A program made the translations under genes and the position numbers. The notes under the pieces are model-generated. The model was not told the DNA's origin and made no database searches. It saw only the letters and a list, made by a program, of their open reading frames with translations. A DNA stretch of 64,000 nucleotides from Anaeromyxobacteraceae bacterium (GTDB lineage: Bacteria; Myxococcota; Myxococcia; Myxococcales; Anaeromyxobacteraceae): contig JASGHJ010000001.1 of the NCBI GenBank assembly GCA_047602405.1, forward strand, positions 1,536,001 through 1,600,000, in the 5' to 3' direction. This document shows positions 51,566 through 62,714 of this stretch, one piece after another; position 1 is the first letter of the stretch, and every line of letters begins with the position of its first letter.

Positions 51566-53563
51566 CTACCGCTGCCCGAGCCAGGCGCCGAGCCGCTCGG
51601 CGACCTTGTCCGGCGTGAAGCCGAAGTGCTCGGCGAGCGCCTTCTCCGGCGCGCTCGCGCCGAAGCCCTCGATGCCGACGACGCAGCCGTCCTTGCCGAC
51701 GAGCTGCCACCACTCGGTGCCGCGCGCCGCCTCGACGGCCGCGGTCGGGAGCGCGCTCGGCACGAGCCCCTCGCGCACGCCGGCGGGCTGCGCGAGGAAG
51801 CAGGTCAGGCACGGGACCGAGACGAGCCGGCCGTGCTTGCCCTGCGCGGCGAGCTTCGCGAGCGCGGCCTGCGCGAGCGGCAGCTCGGAGCCGGTGGCGA
51901 GCACCGTGAAGGTCGCGCCGTCCGGCGCGTCGACCACGTACGCGCCGCGGCTCATCGCGGCGCCCGGCTCGAACGGCGCCTTCCGGGTGACGGCCGGGAT
52001 CTTCTGGCGCGAGAGGATGAGCGCGGTGGGGCCGTGCCTGCGGGTGAGCGCGTGCGCCCAGGCGAGCGCGGTCTCCTCGCCGTCGGCGGGGCGGACGACG
52101 TGCAGCTCCGGGATCGCGCGCAGCGCGGTGAGGTGCTCGATGGGCTGGTGGGTCGGGCCGTCCTCGCCGAGGAAGATCGTGTCGTGCGTCCAGACGTAGA
52201 TCGCCTGGAGCTTCGCGAGGGCCGCGAGGCGGACCGCCGGCCGCATGTAGTCGGCGAACTGGAGGAAGGTCGCGACGAACGGGATGAAGAGGCCGTCGTA
52301 GGCGAGGCCGTTCGCGATCGCGCCCATCGCGTGCTCGCGGATGCCGAAGTGGAGGTTGCGGGCGTCGAACTTGCCCTTCTGGACCGAGCCGCCGCCCTTG
52401 ATGTCGGTGAGGTTCGACTCGGCGAGATCGGCCGAGCCGCCCACGAGCTCGGGCACGATCGGCGCGAGCTTCTGGAGGATCGCGGAGGAGAGCTTGCGGG
52501 TCGCGTCGGCGCCCGCCGCGCCCTCGAGGGCGCGCTCGAGGATCGCCTGCGGCACCCAGCGCTCCTGGTGCACCTCGAGGAGCGCCGCCTGCTCCGGCGC
52601 CTCCTTGCGCCAGGCGTCGTGCTTCGCGGTCCACGCCGCGAGGTGGCTCTCCTTCTCCCGCTTCACCTCGGCCCAGTACGCCTTCACCTCGTCGGGCACG
52701 AGGAACCGCGGCTCGGCGGGCCAGCCGCGCGCCTTCTTCGCCGCGGCGAGCTCCTCCTCGCCGAGGGGGGCGCCGTGCGCGGAGGACTTGCCGGCCTTGT
52801 TCGGGGCGCCGAAGCCGATGGTGGTCTTCACGCGGATGAGCGAGGGGCGGGGGTCGGCCTTCGCCGCCGTGATCGCCGCGTCGATGGCGGCGTGGTCGCG
52901 GCCGTTCACCGCCTGCACGTGCCAGCCGTACGACTCGAACCGCTTCGTGACGTCCTCGCCGAACGCGAGCGAGGTCTTGCCGTCGATGGTGATCTCGTTG
53001 TCGTCGTAGAGGTAGACGAGGCGGCCGAGCGAGAGGTGGCCGGCGAGGCTCGCGGCCTCCGAGGCGACGCCCTCCATGAGGTCGCCGTCCGAGACGATCG
53101 CGTAGACGAACACGTCCTCGACGGGGTTGCCCGCGCCGAGCCGCGCCGAGAGCATCGCCTGGCCGAGCGCGAAGCCGACCCCGTTCGCGAAGCCCTGGCC
53201 GAGCGGGCCGCTCGTGATCTCCACGCCGGGCAGGTGGCCGAACTCCGGGTGGCCCGCGGTGCGCGAGCCGAGCTGCCGGAAGGCCTTCAGGTCGTCGAGC
53301 GTGCAGTCGAAGCCCGCGAGGTGGAGGAGCCCGTAGAGCAGCATCGAGCCGTGGCCGGCGGAGAGCAGGAAGCGGTCGCGGCCGAGCCAGCGCGGCTGCG
53401 CGGGGTCGTAGCGCAGGTGGCGCGTCCAGAGGACGTGCGCCATGTCCGCGGCGCCCATCGGCATGCCGGGGTGACCGCTGTTCGCCTTCTGGACGGCGTC
53501 GGCCGCCAGGAAGCGCAGCGTGTCGATGGCCTTCTCGGTGCGGGCGTCGGCGAGCTCGGGCAC
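51566..53563 (-). CDS. tkt: Transketolase
   Basis: [34 protein letters not shown]. Confidence 0.97.
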   Translation of the reverse strand: MPELADARTEKAIDTLRFLAADAVQKANSGHPGMPMGAADMAHVLWTRHLRYDPAQPRWLGRDRFLLSAGHGSMLLYGLLHLAGFDCTLDDLKAFRQLGSRTAGHPEFGHLPGVEITSGPLGQGFANGVGFALGQAMLSARLGAGNPVEDVFVYAIVSDGDLMEGVASEAASLAGHLSLGRLVYLYDDNEITIDGKTSLAFGEDVTKRFESYGWHVQAVNGRDHAAIDAAITAAKADPRPSLIRVKTTIGFGAPNKAGKSSAHGAPLGEEELAAAKKARGWPAEPRFLVPDEVKAYWAEVKREKESHLAAWTAKHDAWRKEAPEQAALLEVHQERWVPQAILERALEGAAGADATRKLSSAILQKLAPIVPELVGGSADLAESNLTDIKGGGSVQKGKFDARNLHFGIREHAMGAIANGLAYDGLFIPFVATFLQFADYMRPAVRLAALAKLQAIYVWTHDTIFLGEDGPTHQPIEHLTALRAIPELHVVRPADGEETALAWAHALTRRHGPTALILSRQKIPAVTRKAPFEPGAAMSRGAYVVDAPDGATFTVLATGSELPLAQAALAKLAAQGKHGRLVSVPCLTCFLAQPAGVREGLVPSALPTAAVEAARGTEWWQLVGKDGCVVGIEGFGASAPEKALAEHFGFTPDKVAERLGAWLGQR

Positions 53564-53687
53564 GGGATCTCCTCGTGGGGTGCGGAGGCGCGCAAGATCG
53601 CCCGTCGATGCGGGATTTTCAAGCGAGACCGCCGCGCAAAGGTTTCGTGCGCCTTGACGGGCCCGGATTCATCCGTACGGTGAGCCG

Positions 53688-54116
53688 GTGCTCGAGCGCG
53701 ATCTCATCCTGAAGATGGTGCAGGACCTGGCCCGGGTGCTGGCCCGGGCCCTGGGGCTCCGCAAGCAGGGGATGACCGAGCAGGCGGTCCAGGAGGTCGA
53801 GACCGCGGCGTCGAGCCTCATCGGGCTGGACCTGAAGGTGGTCGCCGCCCTCGACGCCGGGGTCATCGCGAAGCAGCTCGTCGCACCGGAGAAGATCGAC
53901 GCCATCGCCCAGGTCGTCTGGGCTCGGGCCGACCTCGCCCAGGACGCCGGCGACCTCGGCGAGGCGCTCTGGCGCCGCAAGGCGGTCGAGCTGTGGCTCG
54001 AGGGGGCCGCCGCCGGGGCGACGCTCTCCGACGACGCGCTGCGCGCCATCGCGGGCCACCCTGCCGGCGACCTCGGCCCGCGCCAGCAGCGGCTGCGCGA
54101 GGCGCTGGTCGGGTAG
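53688..54116 (+). CDS. Hypothetical helical protein
   Basis: ERDLILKMVQDLARVLARALGL start; typical codon usage. Confidence 0.65.
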   Translation: MLERDLILKMVQDLARVLARALGLRKQGMTEQAVQEVETAASSLIGLDLKVVAALDAGVIAKQLVAPEKIDAIAQVVWARADLAQDAGDLGEALWRRKAVELWLEGAAAGATLSDDALRAIAGHPAGDLGPRQQRLREALVG

Positions 54117-54125
54117 GGCCGCCGC

Positions 54126-55232
54126 TCAGAGGTCCGTCGAGAGCCCGAGGAGGAGCCCGAGCGCGTCGAGCGGGAGGTTCGTCCCGTCCACGCGCACGTC
54201 GCCGAGCGTCGCGCGCAGCTCGACGCCGAGGCGCGTGCGCGCGCCGACCGGTACCGAGACGCCGAGCCCGGCCTCGGCGAGGAAGGCGTTCGGGCTGCCG
54301 GTGCGCGACACCGGGAGCGCGGGCGCGGTGGCGGCCCGGGTGGCCTCCCACGACGCGAGCCCGACGCCGACGCCCACCGCCGCCGAGACCTCCGCCTCGC
54401 CGGCGGCGGCGAGGAGCCGCGCGCGCGCCATGAGCGGCAGCACGCGGAGCGAGCCCCGCAGCACCCGCGGCCGGCCGTCGCCGAACTCGGCGTTCGTGCC
54501 CGAGAGCCTCGCGCGCCACGCGACCGAGGCCTCGAGGCGCAGGTGCCGGCCGGCCGCGACGCCCAGCCCGAGCTCCGCCGTCGTGGGCCGTCCCCAGCCG
54601 TCGAGCGGGCCGGCGAAGGGCGCGACCGCGCCGAGCCGCAGCTCGAGCACGCGCCGGGACCGTGTGCCCACCGGCGCGGCCTCGCCGTCGGCCCTCACGG
54701 CCGCGGCGGGGACGAAGCCCTCCTGTCCGGCCGGTCCCTTCACGAAGAGCCAGCCCTGCGCGGCGGTCGGGCCGAAGGTGACCCGCGCGCCGGGTGCGAG
54801 CTCGGCCACCACGTCGGCGGCGACGTTCGCGGTCCGGCGGAGCGCGACGGGCTCGGCGGGCAGCGGCTCGCAGCCCGCGCTCGCGCCCGGCTTCACGCTC
54901 GCCGCGGGCGCGAGGCCGGCCTCGCTGGCCGCGGTCCGGACCCGCACCATGCCGCCCTCGGCCCGCGTGAACGCGACCGCCGTCCCGCTCGCGAGCGCGC
55001 CGGCCCCGGCGCGAAGCTCCACGGGCTCCATGACGACGCCGCAGGCCGGCGCCGGGCGGTCCGACGCGTAGCGGATCGACCGCTCGCCGAGGAGCACGCC
55101 CGCGCACGCGAGACAGACGATGGTGCCGGCGGAGGGGCGGGCGGCGTCAGCAGCGGGGGCCGGCTGGGGACGCGCGGCGACGGGGAGCAGCGCGAGGGTG
55201 ATGGCGGCGGCGGTGCGCCGGACCTGGATCAT
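54126..55232 (-). CDS. Exported protein, SH3-like region + outer-membrane beta-barrel-like C-terminus
   Basis: Signal peptide; GWLFVKGPAGQEGFVP SH3b-like motif; amphipathic beta strands. Confidence 0.55.
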   Translation of the reverse strand: MIQVRRTAAAITLALLPVAARPQPAPAADAARPSAGTIVCLACAGVLLGERSIRYASDRPAPACGVVMEPVELRAGAGALASGTAVAFTRAEGGMVRVRTAASEAGLAPAASVKPGASAGCEPLPAEPVALRRTANVAADVVAELAPGARVTFGPTAAQGWLFVKGPAGQEGFVPAAAVRADGEAAPVGTRSRRVLELRLGAVAPFAGPLDGWGRPTTAELGLGVAAGRHLRLEASVAWRARLSGTNAEFGDGRPRVLRGSLRVLPLMARARLLAAAGEAEVSAAVGVGVGLASWEATRAATAPALPVSRTGSPNAFLAEAGLGVSVPVGARTRLGVELRATLGDVRVDGTNLPLDALGLLLGLSTDL

Positions 55233-55237
55233 GCGCG

Positions 55238-56062
55238 TCAGTCCCAGCTTCCCCAGCTCCGGAAGATCCCGCGCCGCGTCCGCCGGGCCCAGGCGCGCGG
55301 CGGCACGACGAGCGCGAGCAGGATCACGATCGCGGCGAGCACCACGCCGCCCCGCCGCGCGAGCAGCCCGCCGGCGAGCAGCACGAGCCAGGCCACGCCG
55401 AGCCCGACGGTGATCGTGAGCCGGTGCGCGGCCGGGAACCGCTCCACGAGCCAGTTCCAGAGCGGCTCGCTCCCGGCGCCGCCGCCGACGGGGTCGAGGC
55501 CGCCGCCGAGGCCGCCGTCCACGCCGAGCCGGCGCCGCTCGCGGTCGCCGACCTGCCGCGCGAGCTCGACGCCCATCTCGTACTTCAGCTTCGCGAGCTC
55601 CTCGGCCTCGCGCCGCGCCCTCTCCCTCGCGGCCTCGCCCTCGGCGGAGAGCCGCGCGTCCTCCGCGGCGCGCTCGGCCCAGAGCCGGTCGTTCCACGCC
55701 TGGACCTCGGGCGTGTCGAGCCGGGCGCCGCAGGTGCAGACCACCTCGTGGAGGCCGTGGTCGCGCCCGCACGCGGGGCAGCGCTGGAAGGGCCGGGCGG
55801 CCGGGTCGCGCTCGGCGAGCTGCAGCCCCGGATCGTGATCCGGGCCGAACCGGGCGGCCTCGGAGACGGCTGCTGCCGGGGTGGGAGGGCCGCTCGTCCC
55901 GGGCGTGGGCCCGCGGAGCGGGCCGGAGTCGGCGGACGAGCCCGGAGACGCAGTGCCCTCGAGCGCGTCGAAGCGGCCCGGGTCGGCGGTCGGCGCGGGG
56001 CCGTCGGTGTCGGGGCCGCGGGGCCGCTCGAGGTGCAGGAAGCGCTTCAGCTTGCCGGGCAC
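55238..56062 (-). CDS. Hypothetical protein with Zn ribbon and C-terminal TM helices
   Basis: CPACG...CTCG and two TM segments. Contains an in-frame REP. Confidence 0.65.
   Translation of the reverse strand: MPGKLKRFLHLERPRGPDTDGPAPTADPGRFDALEGTASPGSSADSGPLRGPTPGTSGPPTPAAAVSEAARFGPDHDPGLQLAERDPAARPFQRCPACGRDHGLHEVVCTCGARLDTPEVQAWNDRLWAERAAEDARLSAEGEAARERARREAEELAKLKYEMGVELARQVGDRERRRLGVDGGLGGGLDPVGGGAGSEPLWNWLVERFPAAHRLTITVGLGVAWLVLLAGGLLARRGGVVLAAIVILLALVVPPRAWARRTRRGIFRSWGSWD
55890..55938 (+). repeat. REP-like repeat inside a CDS
   Basis: Translated on the minus strand as [17 protein letters not shown]. Confidence 0.75.
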
Positions 56063-56064
56063 CG

Positions 56065-57615
<1,551 letters not shown>

Positions 57616-57685
57616 CGCGCCGACAGTGTACCGCCGATCGCCGGGGAGCGAAGGAGGAGGCGGAGCCGTTTCGCCGCCTGCAGCA

Positions 57686-59062
57686 TCACCCGCCGCGCTG
57701 CCTCCAACCCGCCGCTGCGTACGGGACTGCGGCGCGCCAGTGTGCGACAGGCTCCTTCACGAGAAGGGGGAGGGGAAGGGGGAGGTCGCCGTCATCCATC
57801 TTCTCCAGCACCTCCGAGGCACGCACCGTGAGGGCCTTCACCTCCCTCCGCTCCTCGCGCTCACGCCGCGCCTCTGCCTTGCGCTTCTCGATGTACTCGC
57901 GCCCGTACTTGAGGAACGCCCGGTACTGGTTGTGGGTCCGGCACTTCGTCACGAGGTCGTCGACCGTGGACGACCCGGTCTCGTTCGCCGGGTCGAGGTG
58001 ATCCATCTCCAGCCGCTCCGTCTCCGGGCAACGTTCGCCGTTGCAGACCTCGGTGCAGCGGTGCCCATCGCGAGCGAGCACCGCGCGGCGGACGCCGAGC
58101 GGGACGCGCAGGCGGGTGCCGGGCGTGGCGACCTGGTCCGGGATCGGCCGCGGGTGCTCCGGCGCGATGAAACCGAGCCGCTTGCCGTGCTTCTCGAGGG
58201 AGTCGTGGAGCATCTGCTCGAACACCTTCTGCAGATCGCCGTCGGGGATCTTGTGGGCGAGGTAGCCCTTGAGCGTGTCGAGGTCCGCCTTCAGCGCGCG
58301 GTCGAGCCCGATCCGCCACTGCCAGCGGCCGTCGGCGACCGGCTCGATGCGGCTGCGATCGCGGAGGCGGAACAGCGGCGTGGTCGGTGCGAGAGACAGG
58401 ACCGGAGTCGGAGGAGTGGGAGTCGGAGACAAATCCCGAGTCGGAGGCGGAATGAGCGAGAGACTCGGCGGCGAGTTCATCTCCTCCCGAGGAGTGAACC
58501 CTGAATCCGTAAGGTCATTCTCCGGTGATGTCCCTGCAGGGGCGTTCGTCGCAGGAAGAGTAGAGAGCGTCGGCTGCGCTGCCTGCAGCGCCGAGATCAG
58601 CTGCTGCTCCGGAACCATCGGCTGACGAGGCCCCGGCCTCGGCAGCTTCCGGAGCCCGTCCGCCGGCACGTCCTTCGGCCGGATGGAGACGACGAGCTCC
58701 TCCGTTTCGCGCTTCGTGAGGTGCGTCGCCTTCCGGACAAGGTCGTCCACGTTCGCCGCGGACATGACCGGCCCGAGCATGCAGAGCTGGGTGAGGTTGA
58801 TGAGCCCCTCCTCGATCGCACCCTCGAGCTGCGGGTATTTCCGGATGAGCTTCATCGCCGTGACCCGGCGGTAGGCCGTCGCCTCCGCCAGGTGCAGCTT
58901 CCGGACGAGGTACTGGAACGTGGAGGTGCAGCCGAGCGCGGCGAACGCCATCGCCCGGTCGAAGACGTCGAGGAGGCGGAGGAAGACGACGAGGCCCACG
59001 TGCTCCTCGTGGACGTGGGACTTCAGCTCGGCATCGAGCGACAGGATGGCATCGAGCTTCAT
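57686..59062 (-). CDS. DUF222-like/HNH endonuclease
   Basis: RRAVLARDGHRC...C...LEMDHL...LVTKCRTHN HNH-type motif; N-terminal DUF222-like helices; GAGG RBS. Confidence 0.85.
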   Translation of the reverse strand: MKLDAILSLDAELKSHVHEEHVGLVVFLRLLDVFDRAMAFAALGCTSTFQYLVRKLHLAEATAYRRVTAMKLIRKYPQLEGAIEEGLINLTQLCMLGPVMSAANVDDLVRKATHLTKRETEELVVSIRPKDVPADGLRKLPRPGPRQPMVPEQQLISALQAAQPTLSTLPATNAPAGTSPENDLTDSGFTPREEMNSPPSLSLIPPPTRDLSPTPTPPTPVLSLAPTTPLFRLRDRSRIEPVADGRWQWRIGLDRALKADLDTLKGYLAHKIPDGDLQKVFEQMLHDSLEKHGKRLGFIAPEHPRPIPDQVATPGTRLRVPLGVRRAVLARDGHRCTEVCNGERCPETERLEMDHLDPANETGSSTVDDLVTKCRTHNQYRAFLKYGREYIEKRKAEARREREERREVKALTVRASEVLEKMDDGDLPLPLPLLVKEPVAHWRAAVPYAAAGWRQRGG

Positions 59063-59083
59063 GACTCACCTCGCATGAAAGAA

Positions 59084-59120
59084 CGTGAACGCATGTCCAG
59101 TATAACACGCGAAGTGAACA
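59084..59120 (-). promoter_or_regulatory. Promoter with LexA-box-like operator
   Basis: Extended -10 TGTTATACT (59107-59099) overlapped by CTGGACATGCGTTCACG (59100-59084). Confidence 0.55.
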
Positions 59121-59256
59121 CGTCCATGGGCGTCCATGGTCCCGGATGGGTTCACTTCCGGTGACCGGTGCGCCCTCGCCGCCAGGGAGGCGCCGTCCTG
59201 CGGTCACGACCTTCGAGCGGGGATGGAGACTGCTGCATCAGGAACAGACAGGCACC

Positions 59257-59697
59257 CTACGGCACCCTCACCCACGCGAGCCCGAACTCGCCCCCGTCCA
59301 CGTCGACGGCGGCGATCGTGCCGGGCGGGAACTCCACCTCCCGGCCCGCCACCGTGGCGACCGCGCCGCCGAGCTCCGGGTTGTGGCCCACGAGCACCGT
59401 CCCCGCGCCGCACCGCGCCGCGAGCAGCAGCACGCCGCGCGCGTCCGAGACCCCGGACGCGAGCTCGGCCTCCGCGTCCGCCCGCACGCCCAGCACGGTC
59501 GCGAGGATCTGCGCCGTCTCCCGGCACCGCGTGAACGGGCTCGCGACGACGCGCGAGACCTGGAGCTCCGCCCGGATCCGCCGGACGTGACCCTCGAGGT
59601 CCAGCCGACCCTCCGGCGTGAGCCGCCGGGCCGCGTCGCCGCCCGGGTTCGACGCCTCCGCGCGCCCGTGGCGCACGAGGTAGATGCGCTTCGACAT
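59257..59697 (-). CDS. sixA: SixA-like phosphohistidine phosphatase
   Basis: LVRHG, SPFTRCRETA, LVGHNP. Confidence 0.88.
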   Translation of the reverse strand: MSKRIYLVRHGRAEASNPGGDAARRLTPEGRLDLEGHVRRIRAELQVSRVVASPFTRCRETAQILATVLGVRADAEAELASGVSDARGVLLLAARCGAGTVLVGHNPELGGAVATVAGREVEFPPGTIAAVDVDGGEFGLAWVRVP

Positions 59698-62600
59698 CAG
59701 GCCTCCGACGCGAGCAGCGCCACCGGGAAGTCCTCCCAGAGGCGCGCGAGCGCCATCGTACCGCCTTCGCGCCGCTCGCCCGAGATCACGTCCGTCCACC
59801 GGCCCGGGAGGCCCCCCGGCAGCGGCAGCGCCGCGTCCCACCGCGCCCGGCCCCCGCCGGCCTCGAGCGCCCCGAGCACGAGCCGCGGCACCGCGCAGAC
59901 GACCGCGCCCGTCGCGTGCACCCGCGCGAACGCGAAGACGTGCGCCGCGTCGGGCCCCTCCGCCCGGAGCGGCCAGTGCTCGCCCTCGAGGAACAGCGCC
60001 GGCCGGTCCCGCCTCAGCCGCAGCCCGCAGGCGAGCAGCCACAGCTTGGCGCGCCCGTCCGCGAGCACCCCCGGCGACGAGAGCGTGCGGGCGAGCGCGG
60101 CCCGCGCGCCCGGGCCGGCCGCGGCCTGCGCGTCGAGCGCCGCGAGGAGCGCGCGCCGCCGCTCGAAGTCGACCGGGCGCCGGTTGTCGGGGTCGACGAG
60201 CGACAGGTCCCACAGCTCGGTGCCCTGGTACACGTCCGGCACGCCTGGCGCCGCGCACTTCAGCGCCGTGAGCGCGAGCGACGAGACCCGCGCGGCCGGG
60301 GCGACCCGCGCCGCGAGCGCCCGGAGCTCGGCGAGGAAGGTCGCCGAGCCGAGCGCGCGCGCCACGAACGCCCGCACCCCGGCCTCGTAGGCCTCGTCGG
60401 GGTTCGTCCAGCTCGTGTGCACCTTCGCCTCGCGGATGGCCTTCTCCATGTAGGCCTGCACCCGCGCGACGAGCTCGGCGTGGTCGGGCGTGCCGGGCTC
60501 GAGCGGCGCGTGGGGCATGACGCCGAGGAGCGTCTGGTAGAGGAGGAGCTCGTCGACCCGGTCCGGCGCGGGGGTGCCGTCGGAGGCGCCGCGCAGCCCG
60601 CGGTTGAGCCTCGACCAGCGCGCGACGCGGGCGGCCCACTCCTGCGGCAGCTCCGAGAGCGCCGAGATGCGCAGGCGCACGTCCTCGCTGCGCTTCGTGT
60701 CGTGGGTGGAGGTGGCCGACAGGGAGGCCGGGAACCGCTCGCGCCGCTCGGCGAGGAGCGCGTGCAGCCCGTCGGGCGTGGTGCCGAAGCGGTCGGGCGC
60801 GCCGCCGACCTCGTTGAGCGAGGCGAGCCGCACGTCGGTGTAGAACGCGGTGTCCTCGACCGCCTTCGCGGTCACCGGGCCGGTCACCTGCTGGAGCTTC
60901 AGCGTGAGCTCGAGCCACTCCGCGCGCTCCGCCTCCGAGAGGCCCTGCGGGTAGCGCTGCAGGAGCACGTCGCGGAGGAAGTCGAACACCGAGGCGTCCA
61001 CCACCGGGCTGCGCCGCCGGGCCCGGGCCGCGGTGCGCTCGACGAGGTCCCGGTCGCGGTCCTCGACCTCGCCGCGTCGGGTGACGTAGGTGCGGTAGAC
61101 GGGGAAGAGCGCGACGAACTCCACGAGCGCGAGGGTCAGCTCGGCGCGGGTGAAGTCGCGGGTGTTGCGGTTCATCTCGGAGAGGCGGTCGAGCCGGTGC
61201 GCGAGCACGTGGATCTCGCTCGCCATCGAGGACGACATGACGAGCCGCTTCTTCTCCGCGGCCGTCTCCTCGAAGCGCGTGCGGCGCCCCGAGACCCTGA
61301 GCCAGAGCCGCTCGAGCGGACGCTCCGCGGCGGCGTCCACGAACAGGCCGCTCGCCGCGGCGAGGAACTCGTAGCCGGTGGTGCCGTCGACGTCCCAGCC
61401 CTCCGGCATCGCCTCCGCGCCGACGAGCACCTTCTCGGCGACCACGTAGAGCGGCCGCGGCGGGAGCCGCCCCGCCTCGAGCGCCTCGAACAGCGCCCCG
61501 AGGAGCGCGTCGTCGTCGGCCCGCGCGCCGTCGCCGTCCGCGAGGCGCCGGGCGAGGCGGAGCAGGTGCGCGGCCTGCAGCCGGCGGAAGTACGCGGGCG
61601 GCGCGTAGAGGCCGTCGGGGTGGTCGATGCGCAGGCCGGTGACGAGCCCGTCCCGCACGAGGTCGAGCACGAGGCGGTGCGCGTCGGCGAAGACGCGCGG
61701 CTCCTCCATCCGGATCGCCGCGAGGCCGTTCACGTCGAAGAAGCGCCGGTAGTTGATCTCCTCGCCGGCGACCCGCCAGAAGGCGAGCCGGTAGGCCTGC
61801 AGCCCGAGCAGGTGCTCGAGCGCGTCGAAGCTGCGCGGGTCGCCGGGCGTGCCGTTCAGGCGGCGCACGTTCTCGTCGAGGTGCTCGCGCACCGGGGCCG
61901 ACGACTCGCAGAGCGCCGCGAGCCGCCGCTTCGCGACCTCCTTCTCGCGGGCCCGGTCCGCGATCGCCTCGGGGCGGGTGTCGATGCGGGGCGCGAGCTT
62001 CTCGAGCGACGCCGCCACCGACTCGAGCTCCATGATCGCCGGGTGCCCCTCGCCGAGCCGCGCGCGCAGGGCGTCGAGGCCGAGCCGCAGCACCGACGGC
62101 ACCGAGCGCGGCGCGACCGGGAAGCAGTGGTCGAAGTACCGGATCCAGAACGCGCCGCCGTCGCGCTCGAGCGCGAGCTCGCCGCGCTCGAGGACCTTGC
62201 CGAACTGGTCGCCCAGCACCGGCACGAGCACCTTGTTCGCGAGCTCGGCCTCGAGCGGCGCCCAGTCCACGTCGAAGGCCGGCGCGTGCACCGAGGACGG
62301 GCCGTTCTCGAGGACGTCCATCCACCACGCGTTGTGGCGGCCGATGCCCATGTGGTTGGGCACGAAGTCGACGAGCACGCCGAGGCCGCGCTCGCGGCAG
62401 GCGAGCGCGAGCCGGCGGAAGGCCTCCTCGCCGCCGAGCTCCGGGTTGAGCCGCCCGTGATCGACCACGTCGTAGCCGTGCGTCGAGCCCGGCGCGGCGG
62501 CCAGGATGGGCGACAGGTAGAGGTCGGAGACGCCGAGCGCCGCGAGGTACGGCACGATCTCGCGGGCGGCGTCGAAGCCGAAGCCGGCGTGGAGCTGGAG

Positions 62601-62699
62601 CCGGTAGGTGGCGGAGGGGCGGCGGGAGACGCCCTCGCCGCGGGCGAGCGCCGCCCCGAGGCTGGCGAGGATCCGGTCGACCGCTCCCTCGCCTGCCAC
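59697..62699 (-). CDS. treY: Malto-oligosyltrehalose synthase
   Basis: ATYRLQ, STHGYDV, DFVPNHM, INYRRFFD, RIDHPDGL, STHDTKR. Confidence 0.96.
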   Translation of the reverse strand: MAGEGAVDRILASLGAALARGEGVSRRPSATYRLQLHAGFGFDAAREIVPYLAALGVSDLYLSPILAAAPGSTHGYDVVDHGRLNPELGGEEAFRRLALACRERGLGVLVDFVPNHMGIGRHNAWWMDVLENGPSSVHAPAFDVDWAPLEAELANKVLVPVLGDQFGKVLERGELALERDGGAFWIRYFDHCFPVAPRSVPSVLRLGLDALRARLGEGHPAIMELESVAASLEKLAPRIDTRPEAIADRAREKEVAKRRLAALCESSAPVREHLDENVRRLNGTPGDPRSFDALEHLLGLQAYRLAFWRVAGEEINYRRFFDVNGLAAIRMEEPRVFADAHRLVLDLVRDGLVTGLRIDHPDGLYAPPAYFRRLQAAHLLRLARRLADGDGARADDDALLGALFEALEAGRLPPRPLYVVAEKVLVGAEAMPEGWDVDGTTGYEFLAAASGLFVDAAAERPLERLWLRVSGRRTRFEETAAEKKRLVMSSSMASEIHVLAHRLDRLSEMNRNTRDFTRAELTLALVEFVALFPVYRTYVTRRGEVEDRDRDLVERTAARARRRSPVVDASVFDFLRDVLLQRYPQGLSEAERAEWLELTLKLQQVTGPVTAKAVEDTAFYTDVRLASLNEVGGAPDRFGTTPDGLHALLAERRERFPASLSATSTHDTKRSEDVRLRISALSELPQEWAARVARWSRLNRGLRGASDGTPAPDRVDELLLYQTLLGVMPHAPLEPGTPDHAELVARVQAYMEKAIREAKVHTSWTNPDEAYEAGVRAFVARALGSATFLAELRALAARVAPAARVSSLALTALKCAAPGVPDVYQGTELWDLSLVDPDNRRPVDFERRRALLAALDAQAAAGPGARAALARTLSSPGVLADGRAKLWLLACGLRLRRDRPALFLEGEHWPLRAEGPDAAHVFAFARVHATGAVVCAVPRLVLGALEAGGGRARWDAALPLPGGLPGRWTDVISGERREGGTMALARLWEDFPVALLASEA

Positions 62700-62714
62700 C
62701 CTCCCGGCCGCTCC

